Assembly: GCA_000092065.1 (NCBI GenBank)
Contig: CP000586.1
Reading direction: 5' to 3' (one strand)
DNA: 64,000 nucleotides
From: Ostreococcus lucimarinus
Taxonomy: Eukaryota
The notes beneath the pieces were generated by a model that was not told where the DNA came from, made no database searches, and saw nothing but the letters and a program-made list of their open reading frames with translations. A program made the translations under genes and the position numbers. Positions 9,535-19,660 of this stretch are shown piece by piece. Each line of letters opens with the position of its first letter. Within the stretch, counting starts at the first letter, position 1.

Positions 9535-10593
9535 CTAATCGTTACCGACGCGCAAGCTTTGCACGAGTTTCACGTACCCTGGCTCGTCCGGGGTGATAAA
9601 ACCGTGCCGCACGCAAAAATCGATGATCACGAGGCAGCAGTTTGGCTTGAAGTCCTCCGTTGTCGCCATGATGTCGATCACTTTGGAAATTTCGTATCGC
9701 TCGAAACTTTCCACCTCGCCGTCGTCTGGAGTCGGCACGAAATCCAGCGGGAGCTCTAAATCGTAGCAGAACAGCACGTCTCGCTTGCAGCAACCCTGGT
9801 AATTCATCGAATAACTCACCGCGCCGACCGCCGTGGCGTTCTTTGCCAACGACTCGGGCACGCTCGCCTCCTCTCCGCACTCCTTGACGACGCACACGCT
9901 CGGAGGCATGCCGTCGGGCAATCCTCCGGCGACGAGGTGATCGAGCTTGGAAGGAAACGTTTGTTTGTTCTTCGCTCGCTTCCCTACCCACAGCTCTTTG
10001 GTGCCGTCCGGTAACGTCACGAACCCGTTCACGTGGACGCCGTACGCTCGCACGCCCAAGAGCGACGCCGCCGCGCGTTCGACGCGCAACAACGGCGGCA
10101 CGCCGTACCCCATCGTGACGGGAAAAATCTCATCCCGCCAACCCGTGATGACGCCCTTATCTCTCAGCGCCTCCAGCGCCGGTCGCAGCGCGTCCGTGCG
10201 CTTATCCGGGGTATCCACCTCCCGCGCGAAAACCACCGTCCCGCTCGCGTCCCGCTCGAGCGTCCCCGACCCGCTCGCGCCCAACAGCTCGTCCGCGAAC
10301 CACGGCTGAAGCGCGCCCACGGCGTGACCGTCGACGACGAAAGGCACGTATTTGGCGTGGTCCGCGGCGGTGATTTCGTTACACGCGTCCACGCGCGGCT
10401 GTAAACGCTCGGCGTTTGAGAGCGCGCGCGCCATCGCCGCGCGCGCGCGAGCGTTCGAAACGACGCACGCCGCGCGCCGCGTCAACACCGCGCCGCGCGC
10501 CGACGCGCCGCGCGACATGTGCGTCGTCCGACGTCGACGCCGACGTCGAGTCGGCGTGTGCCGCGCGCGCGTCTCCTCGCGTCTTCGAATCAT
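9535..10593 (-). CDS. Nudix hydrolase, NUDT20/24 / YJR142W-like (DUF4743 plus Nudix), likely organelle-targeted.
   Basis: Nudix box 'GGLPDGMPPSVCVVKECGEEASVPE' (GX5EX7REUXEEXGU-like), preceded by the 'GYGVPPLLRVERAAASLLGVRAYGVHVNGFV' region. The track ORF starts at GTG (10635); the first ATG gives 10593. Further in-frame ATGs lie at 10518 and 10434, so the start is uncertain. Confidence 0.65.
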   Translation of the reverse strand: MIRRREETRARHTPTRRRRRRRTTHMSRGASARGAVLTRRAACVVSNARARAAMARALSNAERLQPRVDACNEITAADHAKYVPFVVDGHAVGALQPWFADELLGASGSGTLERDASGTVVFAREVDTPDKRTDALRPALEALRDKGVITGWRDEIFPVTMGYGVPPLLRVERAAASLLGVRAYGVHVNGFVTLPDGTKELWVGKRAKNKQTFPSKLDHLVAGGLPDGMPPSVCVVKECGEEASVPESLAKNATAVGAVSYSMNYQGCCKRDVLFCYDLELPLDFVPTPDDGEVESFERYEISKVIDIMATTEDFKPNCCLVIIDFCVRHGFITPDEPGYVKLVQSLRVGND

Positions 10594-11322
10594 CCCTCGA
10601 CGCGCGTCGCGCCGCCTCCGCGCGCCCGCGCGCACCGATCGAAATCACGCTTTTCTCACGCGTCGGCGCCTCCGCGCCGCATCGCTCGCATCGCCGGCGT
10701 CCAGAACGCTCGACACGCCGCGTCGACGCCCGCCGCGCTCACAAGCGTCCACGCCACCCCCCCCACGCACCCGTCCTCGCGCGCGTCCTCGTCCAGCCCG
10801 AACGACAGCCACTTCCCCATCGGCCACGCGCACGCGCTCGGCAGCGCGAACATCACCGCGCGCGCGTTCGCGCCCACGAACGCCAGTCCGCAGACCGCCT
10901 TCATCGCGCTCGCCCCGTGCGCGCATCGCAGCGCCGCGCGCGTCGCCGGCGTCCGCCTCGCCTCGAGCGCCGCGAGTCGCGCGCGTAATTTTTCCACCCG
11001 TCGTTCGTACGTCGCGTCGGCGCGCGACGCGCGTCGCGCGAGCGACCGCGACGCCCGCGCGATCGCGCGCTGCAGCGCGAGCAACGGTTCGAGGTCGAAG
11101 CGACGCGTCAGCGCGTGCTTGGCGCAGTCGACGACGACGAAGGCGACCAAGATCGTCCACGGGCTCGACGCGAGCGCGCGCGCGGTATTTTCACCCATCG
11201 AACGAACGCGCGCGCGTAAACGCGTCGCGGTCGGACGCGCGTCGAGCCGGCGACGATTCGATGATCGGATGGATGCGCCAACACTAACTAATGGACGAAT
11301 GCGCGGGTCGCGTCGCCACACC

Positions 11323-12453
11323 ATGCCGCGTCGACCGAACGCGCCGCGCGAGGCGCCCGGGAAGTACGGCGCGATGGCGCGCGATGAAGAGAGCGGCGTG
11401 CGCGCGGCGTGGACGTCCGCGGACGACGCGAACGACGACGACGCGGGACGAAGGATGCGAACGCGGTCGAAGCGAAAGGGCGCGCGACCGGGACCGCCGA
11501 AAGCGGAACCGCCGAAAAAACTGGCGAAACGGATCGTGGGGTTCTTTTACGACAATCTGTGGATCGCGTTCGTGGCGTACGCGCTGGGGGCGATGTGTAT
11601 TCTGCAAAAGATTCCGGGGGAGCGCGATTTCGCGAAGCCGGCGGACGCGGCGTATTTCGTGGCGATCAGCGCGACGACGGTGGGGTACGGGGACATGTCG
11701 CCGAAGACGGACGAGGGAAAGGTGTTCGTGATGGTGCTGCTCGTCACGGGCGTCGCCATCGCGGGGGTGGCGATGACGAAGGTTACGGATTGGATTTTAA
11801 AGGCGCAGGAGCGCGCGATGAACGCGGTGATGGAACGTTCAAAGGCGCGCATGGCGGTTGATATGGCAAAGTTGCGCGCGCAGGTCGGTGCGGACGCGGG
11901 CGCGGATCAGGACGAAGAGTTGAAGCGAGCGCTGGCGAACAAAGAGGAACGCACGTTCAGGGCGAAGCAGCTGTCTCCGCTCGCGCGAGCGTTGGTCGCC
12001 ATCGCCGTCGTCGTCATTCTGGGCGCCGTCGTGATGCATCGACTCGAGAATATTAGCTTTTTAGACGGGTGTTATTGGTCCATCGTCACCAGCACGACCG
12101 TCGGATACGGTGACGTGACGCCGAAGACGCAGAGCGGGAGGATTTTCGCCTCGTTTTACTGCTTCATCACCGTCGGCGTCATGGCGTGGGCCATCGGACA
12201 AATAGCGAGCTCGAGCGTCGAGTCCCAAGTCGAGAAACACGCCCAACTGAAGGCGTTTAAACTCACCCCCGAGTGGCTCGCCGCGCAAGGAGGCGATAAG
12301 GGTTACGTGGACGAGTTTGATTTCGCAAAGGCGATGTTATTAGCCATGGGCAAGTGCGAACAGAGCGATTTCGACACCGTCGCCGCTCGATTCAACGAGC
12401 TCGACGTCAACGGCGATCGCACGCTCGACGCCAAGGACTTGCTCGGCGCGTAA
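11323..12453 (+). CDS. Tandem-pore (two-pore domain) K+ channel, plant TPK/KCO-like, with C-terminal EF-hand(s).
   Basis: Two selectivity filters 'TTVGYGDMSP' and 'TTVGYGDVTP', each flanked by TM helices. C-terminal EF-hand 'FDTVAARFNELDVNGDRTLDAKDL'. The upstream track extension 10519-11322 is low-complexity and GC-rich, so I take the first ATG at 11323. Confidence 0.8.
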   Translation: MPRRPNAPREAPGKYGAMARDEESGVRAAWTSADDANDDDAGRRMRTRSKRKGARPGPPKAEPPKKLAKRIVGFFYDNLWIAFVAYALGAMCILQKIPGERDFAKPADAAYFVAISATTVGYGDMSPKTDEGKVFVMVLLVTGVAIAGVAMTKVTDWILKAQERAMNAVMERSKARMAVDMAKLRAQVGADAGADQDEELKRALANKEERTFRAKQLSPLARALVAIAVVVILGAVVMHRLENISFLDGCYWSIVTSTTVGYGDVTPKTQSGRIFASFYCFITVGVMAWAIGQIASSSVESQVEKHAQLKAFKLTPEWLAAQGGDKGYVDEFDFAKAMLLAMGKCEQSDFDTVAARFNELDVNGDRTLDAKDLLGA

Positions 12454-12560
12454 CTGCGCGATCATGTTTTAATAGTACTCATTCGCGACTCTGTATCGCG
12501 CGCTCACGCAACCGCGACGCCCTCCTCAGCTCGCACAACTGCCCCCACACTCGCCCGCGC

Positions 12561-13070
12561 ATGCGCTCGTTGAACGCGATCGCACGAGCGTATCGCGTCG
12601 TCCGCGCCGCGCCGTCGCGTCGAGCGAACAACGATCGACCTCGTCGCGCGATGGCGCACGCGCGTAAGCCCGGCGTCGCGTCGGACGACGAGTTTGAACG
12701 ATTTTTTAGCGCAAATCAAGGCAAAACGGTCGTCGTCCTTGACGCGCGCAACAGCGATTTTAGCGTCGAACCGTCGGACGAGCAGTTTGGTGGACCTCAG
12801 GGGAGCGCTCCGATCGCGGATTGCGGCACCAGCGCGCGTCCGAACGCGGTGAACTGCGCTTTTGATCGCTCGGCGAACGCGCTGCGCGATTTGCAAGTCC
12901 TCGAAGCGAAGACGGGCGGGAATAAGTCGACGCCGATCATCACGCACTGCGGCGGTGGCGGACGTGGGCAGAAGGCGAAAGAGTATTTAATATCGCAGGG
13001 GTACTCGAACGTCATCAACGGCGGTGGGCCCGCCGTCGAAGCGCTCTGGAAGACGTTTGGTTCGATGTGA
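12561..13070 (+). CDS. Single-domain rhodanese-like sulfurtransferase with an N-terminal presequence.
   Basis: Rhodanese fold with active-site loop 'THCGGGGRG'. The start is taken at the first ATG after the K-channel stop (residue 70 of the track ORF); the N-terminus is Arg/Ala-rich and targeting-like. Confidence 0.65.
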   Translation: MRSLNAIARAYRVVRAAPSRRANNDRPRRAMAHARKPGVASDDEFERFFSANQGKTVVVLDARNSDFSVEPSDEQFGGPQGSAPIADCGTSARPNAVNCAFDRSANALRDLQVLEAKTGGNKSTPIITHCGGGGRGQKAKEYLISQGYSNVINGGGPAVEALWKTFGSM

Positions 13071-13137
13071 TTCGCGACGCTCGAGTCGAGTCGCGGGTGC
13101 GGTTCTAGCAGAAATTTGTCATTCATTCATGCAGTTT

Positions 13138-13896
13138 TTAAGGCACGCTCGCCGCGAGCGCCTCTTCTTCTTGCGCGCGGAAGGCGCGGTGGGAACGCCG
13201 CGCCGCTCGTGCCTTGCTCGCTGAATCCCAATCGACGATGACGAACGTCCACGACAAGCTGTGCGCGCACGCGCACGTCAGCCACATCCAGTACCCCCAC
13301 CCGAGATAGTCGACGAACGCATCCTTCGCGATATAGCTCGGCATGTCGGCGCGCACGCGAGCGACGAGAACGGCGTACGAGACGCACGCGATGATGCACG
13401 CGATTTCCGCAAAGCCGCCGTACACCGCCGCCGACGTCGACGCGAATCCCGCCTTCGCCCGACGCCGTCGAATGAAGTAAAAAACCTCACAAACCAATTC
13501 CATCGCGCCGTAAAAGATGAATCCCACCGCGCAGGCGCGCGTCAGCTCTACGAGACTCATGTGATTACCACCGAAGACGTCGCCGTAAAACTCGCCGATC
13601 TCCGTCGAGCACTGACGAGAATCGCGCCCGAGTCCCCGAAACGACGTCTCCATCTCGCGCCACCAACGAGTGATGCTCGATCGATCGAGTCGACGCGCAT
13701 CGATGTTCGAGAAGTGATAGCACACGCGCCAGAGCCCGGCTCGAGAGATTCCCGGCAGCGCGCGCGCGGGCCGCTTCGGCTCCAGCCACTGTTCACTACA
13801 CAAGGAAACCACCGCGAACGCGAGCGTCAGCGCGCGCCACGCGGAGAACCGAACGAAGAACGCGACTCGATAGAATTTCCACCAGTCTCGGCGCAT
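13138..13896 (-). CDS. Four-TM membrane protein of unknown function.
   Basis: Four hydrophobic helices (WWKFYRVAFFVRF..., AVGFIFYGAMELV..., AAVYGGFAEIACIIACVSYAVLV, YLGWGYWMWLTCACAHSLSWTFVIV). The start is ambiguous: ATGs at 13896 and 14019; the track M at 14217 is TTG. Confidence 0.45.
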   Translation of the reverse strand: MRRDWWKFYRVAFFVRFSAWRALTLAFAVVSLCSEQWLEPKRPARALPGISRAGLWRVCYHFSNIDARRLDRSSITRWWREMETSFRGLGRDSRQCSTEIGEFYGDVFGGNHMSLVELTRACAVGFIFYGAMELVCEVFYFIRRRRAKAGFASTSAAVYGGFAEIACIIACVSYAVLVARVRADMPSYIAKDAFVDYLGWGYWMWLTCACAHSLSWTFVIVDWDSASKARAARRSHRAFRAQEEEALAASVP

Positions 13897-14017
13897 CGTT
13901 TCGAGCGCGTCTCGGCGTCGCGCGTCCCGGCGTCGCGGTGTGACGACAGTCTCGGCGACGCCACGCGGTGACTGTTCGTATTTCACAACCACCGAAACGT
14001 CACCGCGCGACGCGCGC
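13897..14017. promoter_or_regulatory. Putative bidirectional promoter between the 4-TM protein and the WD40 gene.
   Basis: 121-bp GC-rich spacer between divergent start codons. Inferred from gene arrangement only. Confidence 0.3.
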
Positions 14018-15205
14018 ATGACGCTCGAGCCGCTCGAGCCGCGACGCGCGCCCGCCGTCGCGGACACCGATGCGCTGGTGGCGCTGGCGCATCGCGCGCG
14101 GTCCGGGAACGAGTGCACGTGCGCCACGGGGCGAGGAACGATCGTCAACTTTGACTTGCGCGAACCGAACGACGCGCGCGCGTTCGTCGTTCGAGGCGCG
14201 CGCAGGCGCGAAGTCAACGCGCTGACGTGGCGAAACGAACACGCGCTGTTTCACGCGTCCGATGCGGTCGTCGTCGAGTTGGATGCGCGTAAGATGAGCG
14301 CCGCGGGCGACGCGGCGGTGATTCGGCGGTTCGAGGGCGCCGGAGACGTCGTCAACGGCGTCGACGTCGATCAAGACGACGCGATGCTCGCGGCGTGCGA
14401 CGACGCGGGCGAGGTGATCGCGTACGATTTGTCCAACGGGGAAATTTTGCGAAAGCTTCGCGGACACGATGGGTGCGTCACGGCGGTGGCGTTTCGAAGG
14501 AAACGCGGCGCGAGCGAGTGCGCGACGGCGTCGACGGATTGTCGCGCGATGAAGTGGGACGTCAAGGCGAAGAGCGTGCCCGTGCGGACGTGGGACGCGA
14601 GGAACGTGCTGAGCGCAGAGGATTATGATTGTGGAAAGATTACCGCGCGCGCGGAAGACGAGTCAGCGTCGATCGACGCGGGCGCGAGCGCAAAGGCGTT
14701 CAATCCGCCGATGCTGCACTCGTTGGCGTTTTATCGAGGCGAGACGAGCGAAGAAAACGCACCGGGCCTTCGCCGCGTCGCCGTCTCCGCGTGTGGTGAT
14801 GGATCGGTGATCGTCTTCGATATCGATCACCCCGGCGTGAGCGGTGGATCGCGCGCATCGAAAGGTAAGAAGAAATCGTCGCTCGCGAGCGCCGGACCGT
14901 TTGCCGACGGCAGAGTCGAATGCGTCCGCCTCGGCGCTGACGGCGTCAGGGGTCACACCAACGCGGCGACGTGCGCTGATTTCGTGCCTTGGAACAGAAC
15001 GGGCGACGTCATCGTGTCCGGTGGCGCGGATCGTCGCTTATTGGTTTGGAATTGGGTCGACGAGGCGAGCCACGCCGCGAGAGGCCTGCCCGTCGCGTCG
15101 ATCGAGCGCGATCGCAAGATCAACGACCTCGCCTTCGCCGCGGACTCTCGCGCGATTTGCGTCGCCGACACGAGTCCGACGCTTAAACTATTCGCACTGC
15201 GCTAG
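14018..15205 (+). CDS. WD40-repeat protein.
   Basis: WD motifs 'GHDGCVTAVAF...WDVK' and 'GGADRRLLVWNW'. First ATG is at 14018 (the track start 13940 is GTG). Confidence 0.6.
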   Translation: MTLEPLEPRRAPAVADTDALVALAHRARSGNECTCATGRGTIVNFDLREPNDARAFVVRGARRREVNALTWRNEHALFHASDAVVVELDARKMSAAGDAAVIRRFEGAGDVVNGVDVDQDDAMLAACDDAGEVIAYDLSNGEILRKLRGHDGCVTAVAFRRKRGASECATASTDCRAMKWDVKAKSVPVRTWDARNVLSAEDYDCGKITARAEDESASIDAGASAKAFNPPMLHSLAFYRGETSEENAPGLRRVAVSACGDGSVIVFDIDHPGVSGGSRASKGKKKSSLASAGPFADGRVECVRLGADGVRGHTNAATCADFVPWNRTGDVIVSGGADRRLLVWNWVDEASHAARGLPVASIERDRKINDLAFAADSRAICVADTSPTLKLFALR

Positions 15206-15345
15206 GATGTATCACAGGCCGTACCATAGCGAAACCGTCTCGCGCTCGCCTAACCGCCGCGGAGCGCGACGCCGCAGAGCGCGACGCGCGCGTCCTCCGA
15301 CGCCGCGTCGAGCGCGCGGCGGGCGCATCGCGTCGCGGCCATCGC

Positions 15346-17318
15346 ATGCCGCGCGATCGCGCGCCCCGAATCGCCGCGCGCGAGAGCAAACGCTCGAAAA
15401 CAGCACCAGCCATGTCGGGTGGCGGCGCCGACGTCTCGACGAAATCAACGACGCCGCAGGGCACCGACGGGACTAAAGGCACCGACGATCGAAGGGATCA
15501 CGAACGGCGCATGCGAGCGTTGTGCGCGTCGACGAGCGCGGCGATGCGGGAAGCAGGCGCGGACGCGGATGCGCGAGCGATCGCGGGCGAAGCCGTCGGC
15601 GCGCTCTTCGAGCCGACGCTTCGACGCGCGCGCCGATTGATGCAAAGCGAACTGGGAAAGTGGTCGTCGGAACATCTCGCGCTCGCGTTGGACATTTTCA
15701 TGGGGATCGTCAACGACGAGGCGATGGTCGCGGCCGGGCGGAGCAAGACGTCGAGCGAGGCGCTCGGCGCGCTCGGCGCGCTCGCGAGTTGTTTCGCGAC
15801 TAAGCCGAGCGGCGCGTTCGAGCGCGCCGTCGTAGACGCGATTCCGAGGCGTGCACTCGCTGTAGCACTCGCACGTGGATTTGAATTAGCGGTCGTCGAG
15901 GCTCGGGCGGGTGTGCGAGCGTCGCCGAACGATGTGGAAGTGTTAGCGGAGAGCGCGGCGTTGGCGTACGCGATGACGACGTCGCAGGGGCGAGAAGATG
16001 CGACGACGCTGGAGCCCGTGTTGCGGGCGCTGTACGCGTTTTTGACGCTTGACAGTGCACCGTCGAGAGACGCGACGTTCACGGCGGGTGTGACGCTCGC
16101 GAGGGCGTGTTGCGACGACAATCGTCCTGAGACGTCGCTCGAGGCATTGGAGGCGACGTTTTTTGCCGGAGCGCGCGGTGCTTGCGATGGCAGCGCGCTC
16201 TTGCGCGCCGCGACCCGAGTGGCTAGTGCAGACGAAACGATGCGAGCGTCATCTTTCGGTGCGCTTGCTGTGCTTCGTGGATTTATCATCACGGCTGACG
16301 ACGCAGCCCTCGCACGTCGGCGAGACGGTGACGCGATATTTCACGACGTGCTGCCGGCCATTTGCGAGTTTATCGAGCACGGCGATGATGTTCATCATAG
16401 ATTTCACGCTGTTACGTGTTTGAAAGTAGCTTTAGAAAAGATGAAGTCGGCCGCGTCGATGGGTGCGTTGAAAACGTTTCCAAGAGACGCGTTTGATCGC
16501 ATCGCGTTTGTCATCGCGTCGCGATGGGAAGACACTTTCGGGCACACCGTGCGAGAAATCCAGACGTGCTTTGGGTTGTTGCTCGATATCATCGTCGATT
16601 CATTTGAGGCGCAGTACGATGATTATGTCGATCGCGTTATCTCGCGAGCGTTGCGACGGCCAGCAGAGCAGAAGAGCAAGTACCTCGCCCTGCGCGTACT
16701 CATTACCAAGTTTGGCGCTACACGCATTCTTACGGCGGATTTGGATTTACTCTCAAAAACGCTCGACGCCATGCGAGAGGCGTCGATTGCACCCGCGGCA
16801 TCCAGTATGCTCGCCGACTTGTCGAGTGCGTACATGAGCGAACTCAAATCCATTTCAAAGTGGCGCGAGTGGTGGCTTCCGTGTGTGACACGTTGCGTGT
16901 CCGCGGAATCCAAGGCACGCGCGCCGATCGTGACTTATGTCCTGCCGCTCTTTTTTAAACAGGACGGCGAATCCGTCATCGAGTTTACGAAGCATCTCTC
17001 GAATGAAGCTAAACGAGACTATCGGAACGACAATCTCATCGCCGCCGTCGTTTCCGTGCTCAAAGTGGCTCGTAATTTACAAATGGTTGATCCCAGTCGC
17101 ATCACCGTCGTTCGGGCGGCGGCTAACGGAGACGCCTCGACGCCTTCATATGAGGTTGACCAAATCGTTATCGACCACGCCATGGCGAGCGTGGACAAAA
17201 CCGCGCGTCTCGATGTGCTCGAATGGCTTTGCCTGGAAGGGCGACGCGGCTCGGCCACACTTCCAGGGTCATACGAACTCAAGTTATTGAAGCGCATGGT
17301 TTCCGCCAATCTCAGAGG
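15346..17318 (+). CDS. THADA: THADA/Trm732 homolog (DUF2428; tRNA 2'-O-methylation cofactor-like), exon 1 of 4.
   Basis: ATG at 15346. The ORF continues in frame to a GGTGCGT donor at 17319. Huntingtin/ARM-like helical repeats. Confidence 0.6.
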
Positions 17319-17511
17319 GTGCGTTTCCTTATCGCTCGTCACAATTTACTCGAGCTCTATGACGATACAATCCTTTAAGGCGCTGACGACTATGAGGCAT
17401 CCTTAACCTCCTACTCATTCGGAGAGCTCGACCGTTTCACGCGGCGTACCGCGCGATGACTTGCTGATCGCTTCTCGACTAACCTTCGATTTTTCATTCG
17501 TCCGCACACAG

Positions 17512-18430
17512 AGAATCGGTTTCCTTTCGGAGCGCCATCGTGACGCTTGTGTCTAAAGTCTTCGTGCGTATGTGGACTGGTGTCAATCAAATCGGACAAA
17601 AAGTCCGACGTCGCGGAGAAGCTGCGATTAAGAAGGGCATCGTCACAAACCGAGCAAAGGATGATCCTTTGAAGTCGGATATCGAGCGCGCGACAGAGGT
17701 GCATGCGTTCGTCGCGGAGATCGTATGCGTGTTGATTGCAAACGTGTATCCAGGCGCGCCATTCGAGCGACGTTGCACCGCACTGGAGCTATTAAACGTG
17801 ATTGCGGATACGTGGAAGACTGCTGATGATTTTGAACTTACTGAGAAACACGGAACGGTCGAACATGGCCACGACGTCATCATCGCGCGACGGTTGCTGA
17901 CTTCGCCGTACGACGCATACATGAGGGATGAAGCGTTTACGAATCTATTGCTCGGAGCTCTCGTGGACAGCTGGGAGAAATTGCGAATGACTGCGTTTGA
18001 TTTATTGCGAAGGCATCCGGCACCGCTGGCGGGTATCGAGACTCCAGAAATACTTGCAAAACGGCTCGAGTGGGCTTTGCAGCTTTTACGATCGCCTCGC
18101 GTTCGTGAAAGTGGTGCGGCGGCGCTGTTGATTCGTTTACTCATTCGTAAATACGGTTTCGACTTGAACTGGCGTATCCACCTTGGTCCAGTTACTCAGG
18201 TCGTCGAACACGCGAGAGACGCCGCAGACGTGGCGAAATCAGGAGCTACTATCCAGGTCATGGAATCGCTGTGCGACTTACTCGAACAAGATATTGCGCT
18301 CGCGGAACGAGACGTCATGAAAGCGAGTCAACGCTCACTTGCACATGGTGCCGTTCTTTTGACGAGATTTGCACTTTGTGAGATTGATTTGAATGGCAAA
18401 TTCGACGAGTCGACTCAGAAGCGAATACAG
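17512..18430 (+). CDS. THADA: THADA homolog, exon 2.
   Basis: Acceptor cacacAG|A at 17510/11 with a CTAAC branch about 30 nt upstream. Phase-2 junction restores the frame (GG|A = Gly). Ends at a CAG|GTGAGT donor (18431). Confidence 0.55.
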
Positions 18431-18664
18431 GTGAGTTCAGTCGTGCCTCGCGCGCTACGTGTTTTCGACACTTCTTTCGAAAGGCGATGAAGAAAACCAG
18501 GCTCCCTCTACCGAATTGCCATGTCGGATAACCGTCGGCTGAATCGAACAATAAACAACCCTGGCCAGGACCGAGCTCTTTCGATGTTTTCTTTTTTTTT
18601 CTTCATCCCGTCACGCGGTTCGTTGCGACGTTGACTGAACTCACATTTCTACTTCTATTCGCAG

Positions 18665-19417
18665 GACTCCGCGAGTCGTTTAATGGCGCTCGCGGGACGC
18701 GCCACAGATTTGGCTTTGGACTTCATTAGTCAGCCTGATGCCTTGGGTGCGACGGCGGAGGAGGTCAAAACTCTACAACACGACGATCTCATGGACGACG
18801 CCGAGGATGTTGACGACGACGCATCACTCGATCTCGCGCCCAAGGCTCAAATCATCACGACAGCGTGCTGGCTGACGGTGAAGGAAACGAGCCTACTCAC
18901 GGGTGAAATCATAGCTTCGTCCACGGATGTATTTTCGTTCGATGCGATCAAATCGACGGGCGAGCGCTTGATGAAAGTGTTGTTCGCCGTAAAACACACC
19001 GGTGCTCTCGAGAAAACACGCATCGGTATGACTGCAGTTTGTTCACGCTTGATGCGATCGGACGACGCTGCTATGAAAGCGTTACCGCAGCGTTGGCTTG
19101 AAGACCTTCTTGATCAACTCAATCGCCCTGGTCAAGGCATTCGTGATCGCGTTCGACGTTCGGCGGGCTTACCGTACGCGTTCATGTCCATCCTTCTCGC
19201 CGAACCAAAAGGACAACCGAGACTGGCGCTTGACGGCGCGCTCCCTCGCTTGCTCGATATTGCATCTGGTGTTGTGAGCTCGGACATTCCCCGAGTGCAT
19301 GCCTTCAACGTTATTCGTGTCATTTTCGCCGATCGAGATTTGACGATGGACACCACACCGTACGCCGCGCGAGGTGTGCAGGTGTGCATCGACGCTTTCT
19401 CTTCGCCAACTTGGGAG
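18665..19417 (+). CDS. THADA: THADA homolog, exon 3 (contains the conserved RRSAGLP motif).
   Basis: Acceptor ttcgcAG|G (18663/64) with a CTGAC branch. 'RVRRSAGLPYAFMSILLAEP' matches the hallmark RRSAGLP motif of Trm732/THADA. Donor GAG|GTACGT at 19418. Confidence 0.6.
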
Positions 19418-19660
19418 GTACGTCCTCTATTGTCACGCGCATTCGTTCTCGCTTTCTCGCCGCGCCACGCTGGAGGTATCGTTGCCTGTGCTTTAGCCTT
19501 GCGATTGGGCGCATGGCTTGTTCCCCAGCAACATTCAAGGAGTTCGAACAAAGAGCGCCCGCGTGCTCCAGCGGGCGTTTGGAAACTCGAACTCAACATT
19601 CGCTTATCGATGTTTGCTGATCAAACTTTTCGACTGACTTTTGCCTCGACGATGCTATAG

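Noticed and set aside
10352-11324. Six-frame open region with 170-310-aa ORFs on both strands.
   Set aside because: All translations are low-complexity (RRRR, PRAR, ASAS). Treated as a GC-rich intergenic/leader region, reported as a finding rather than as genes.
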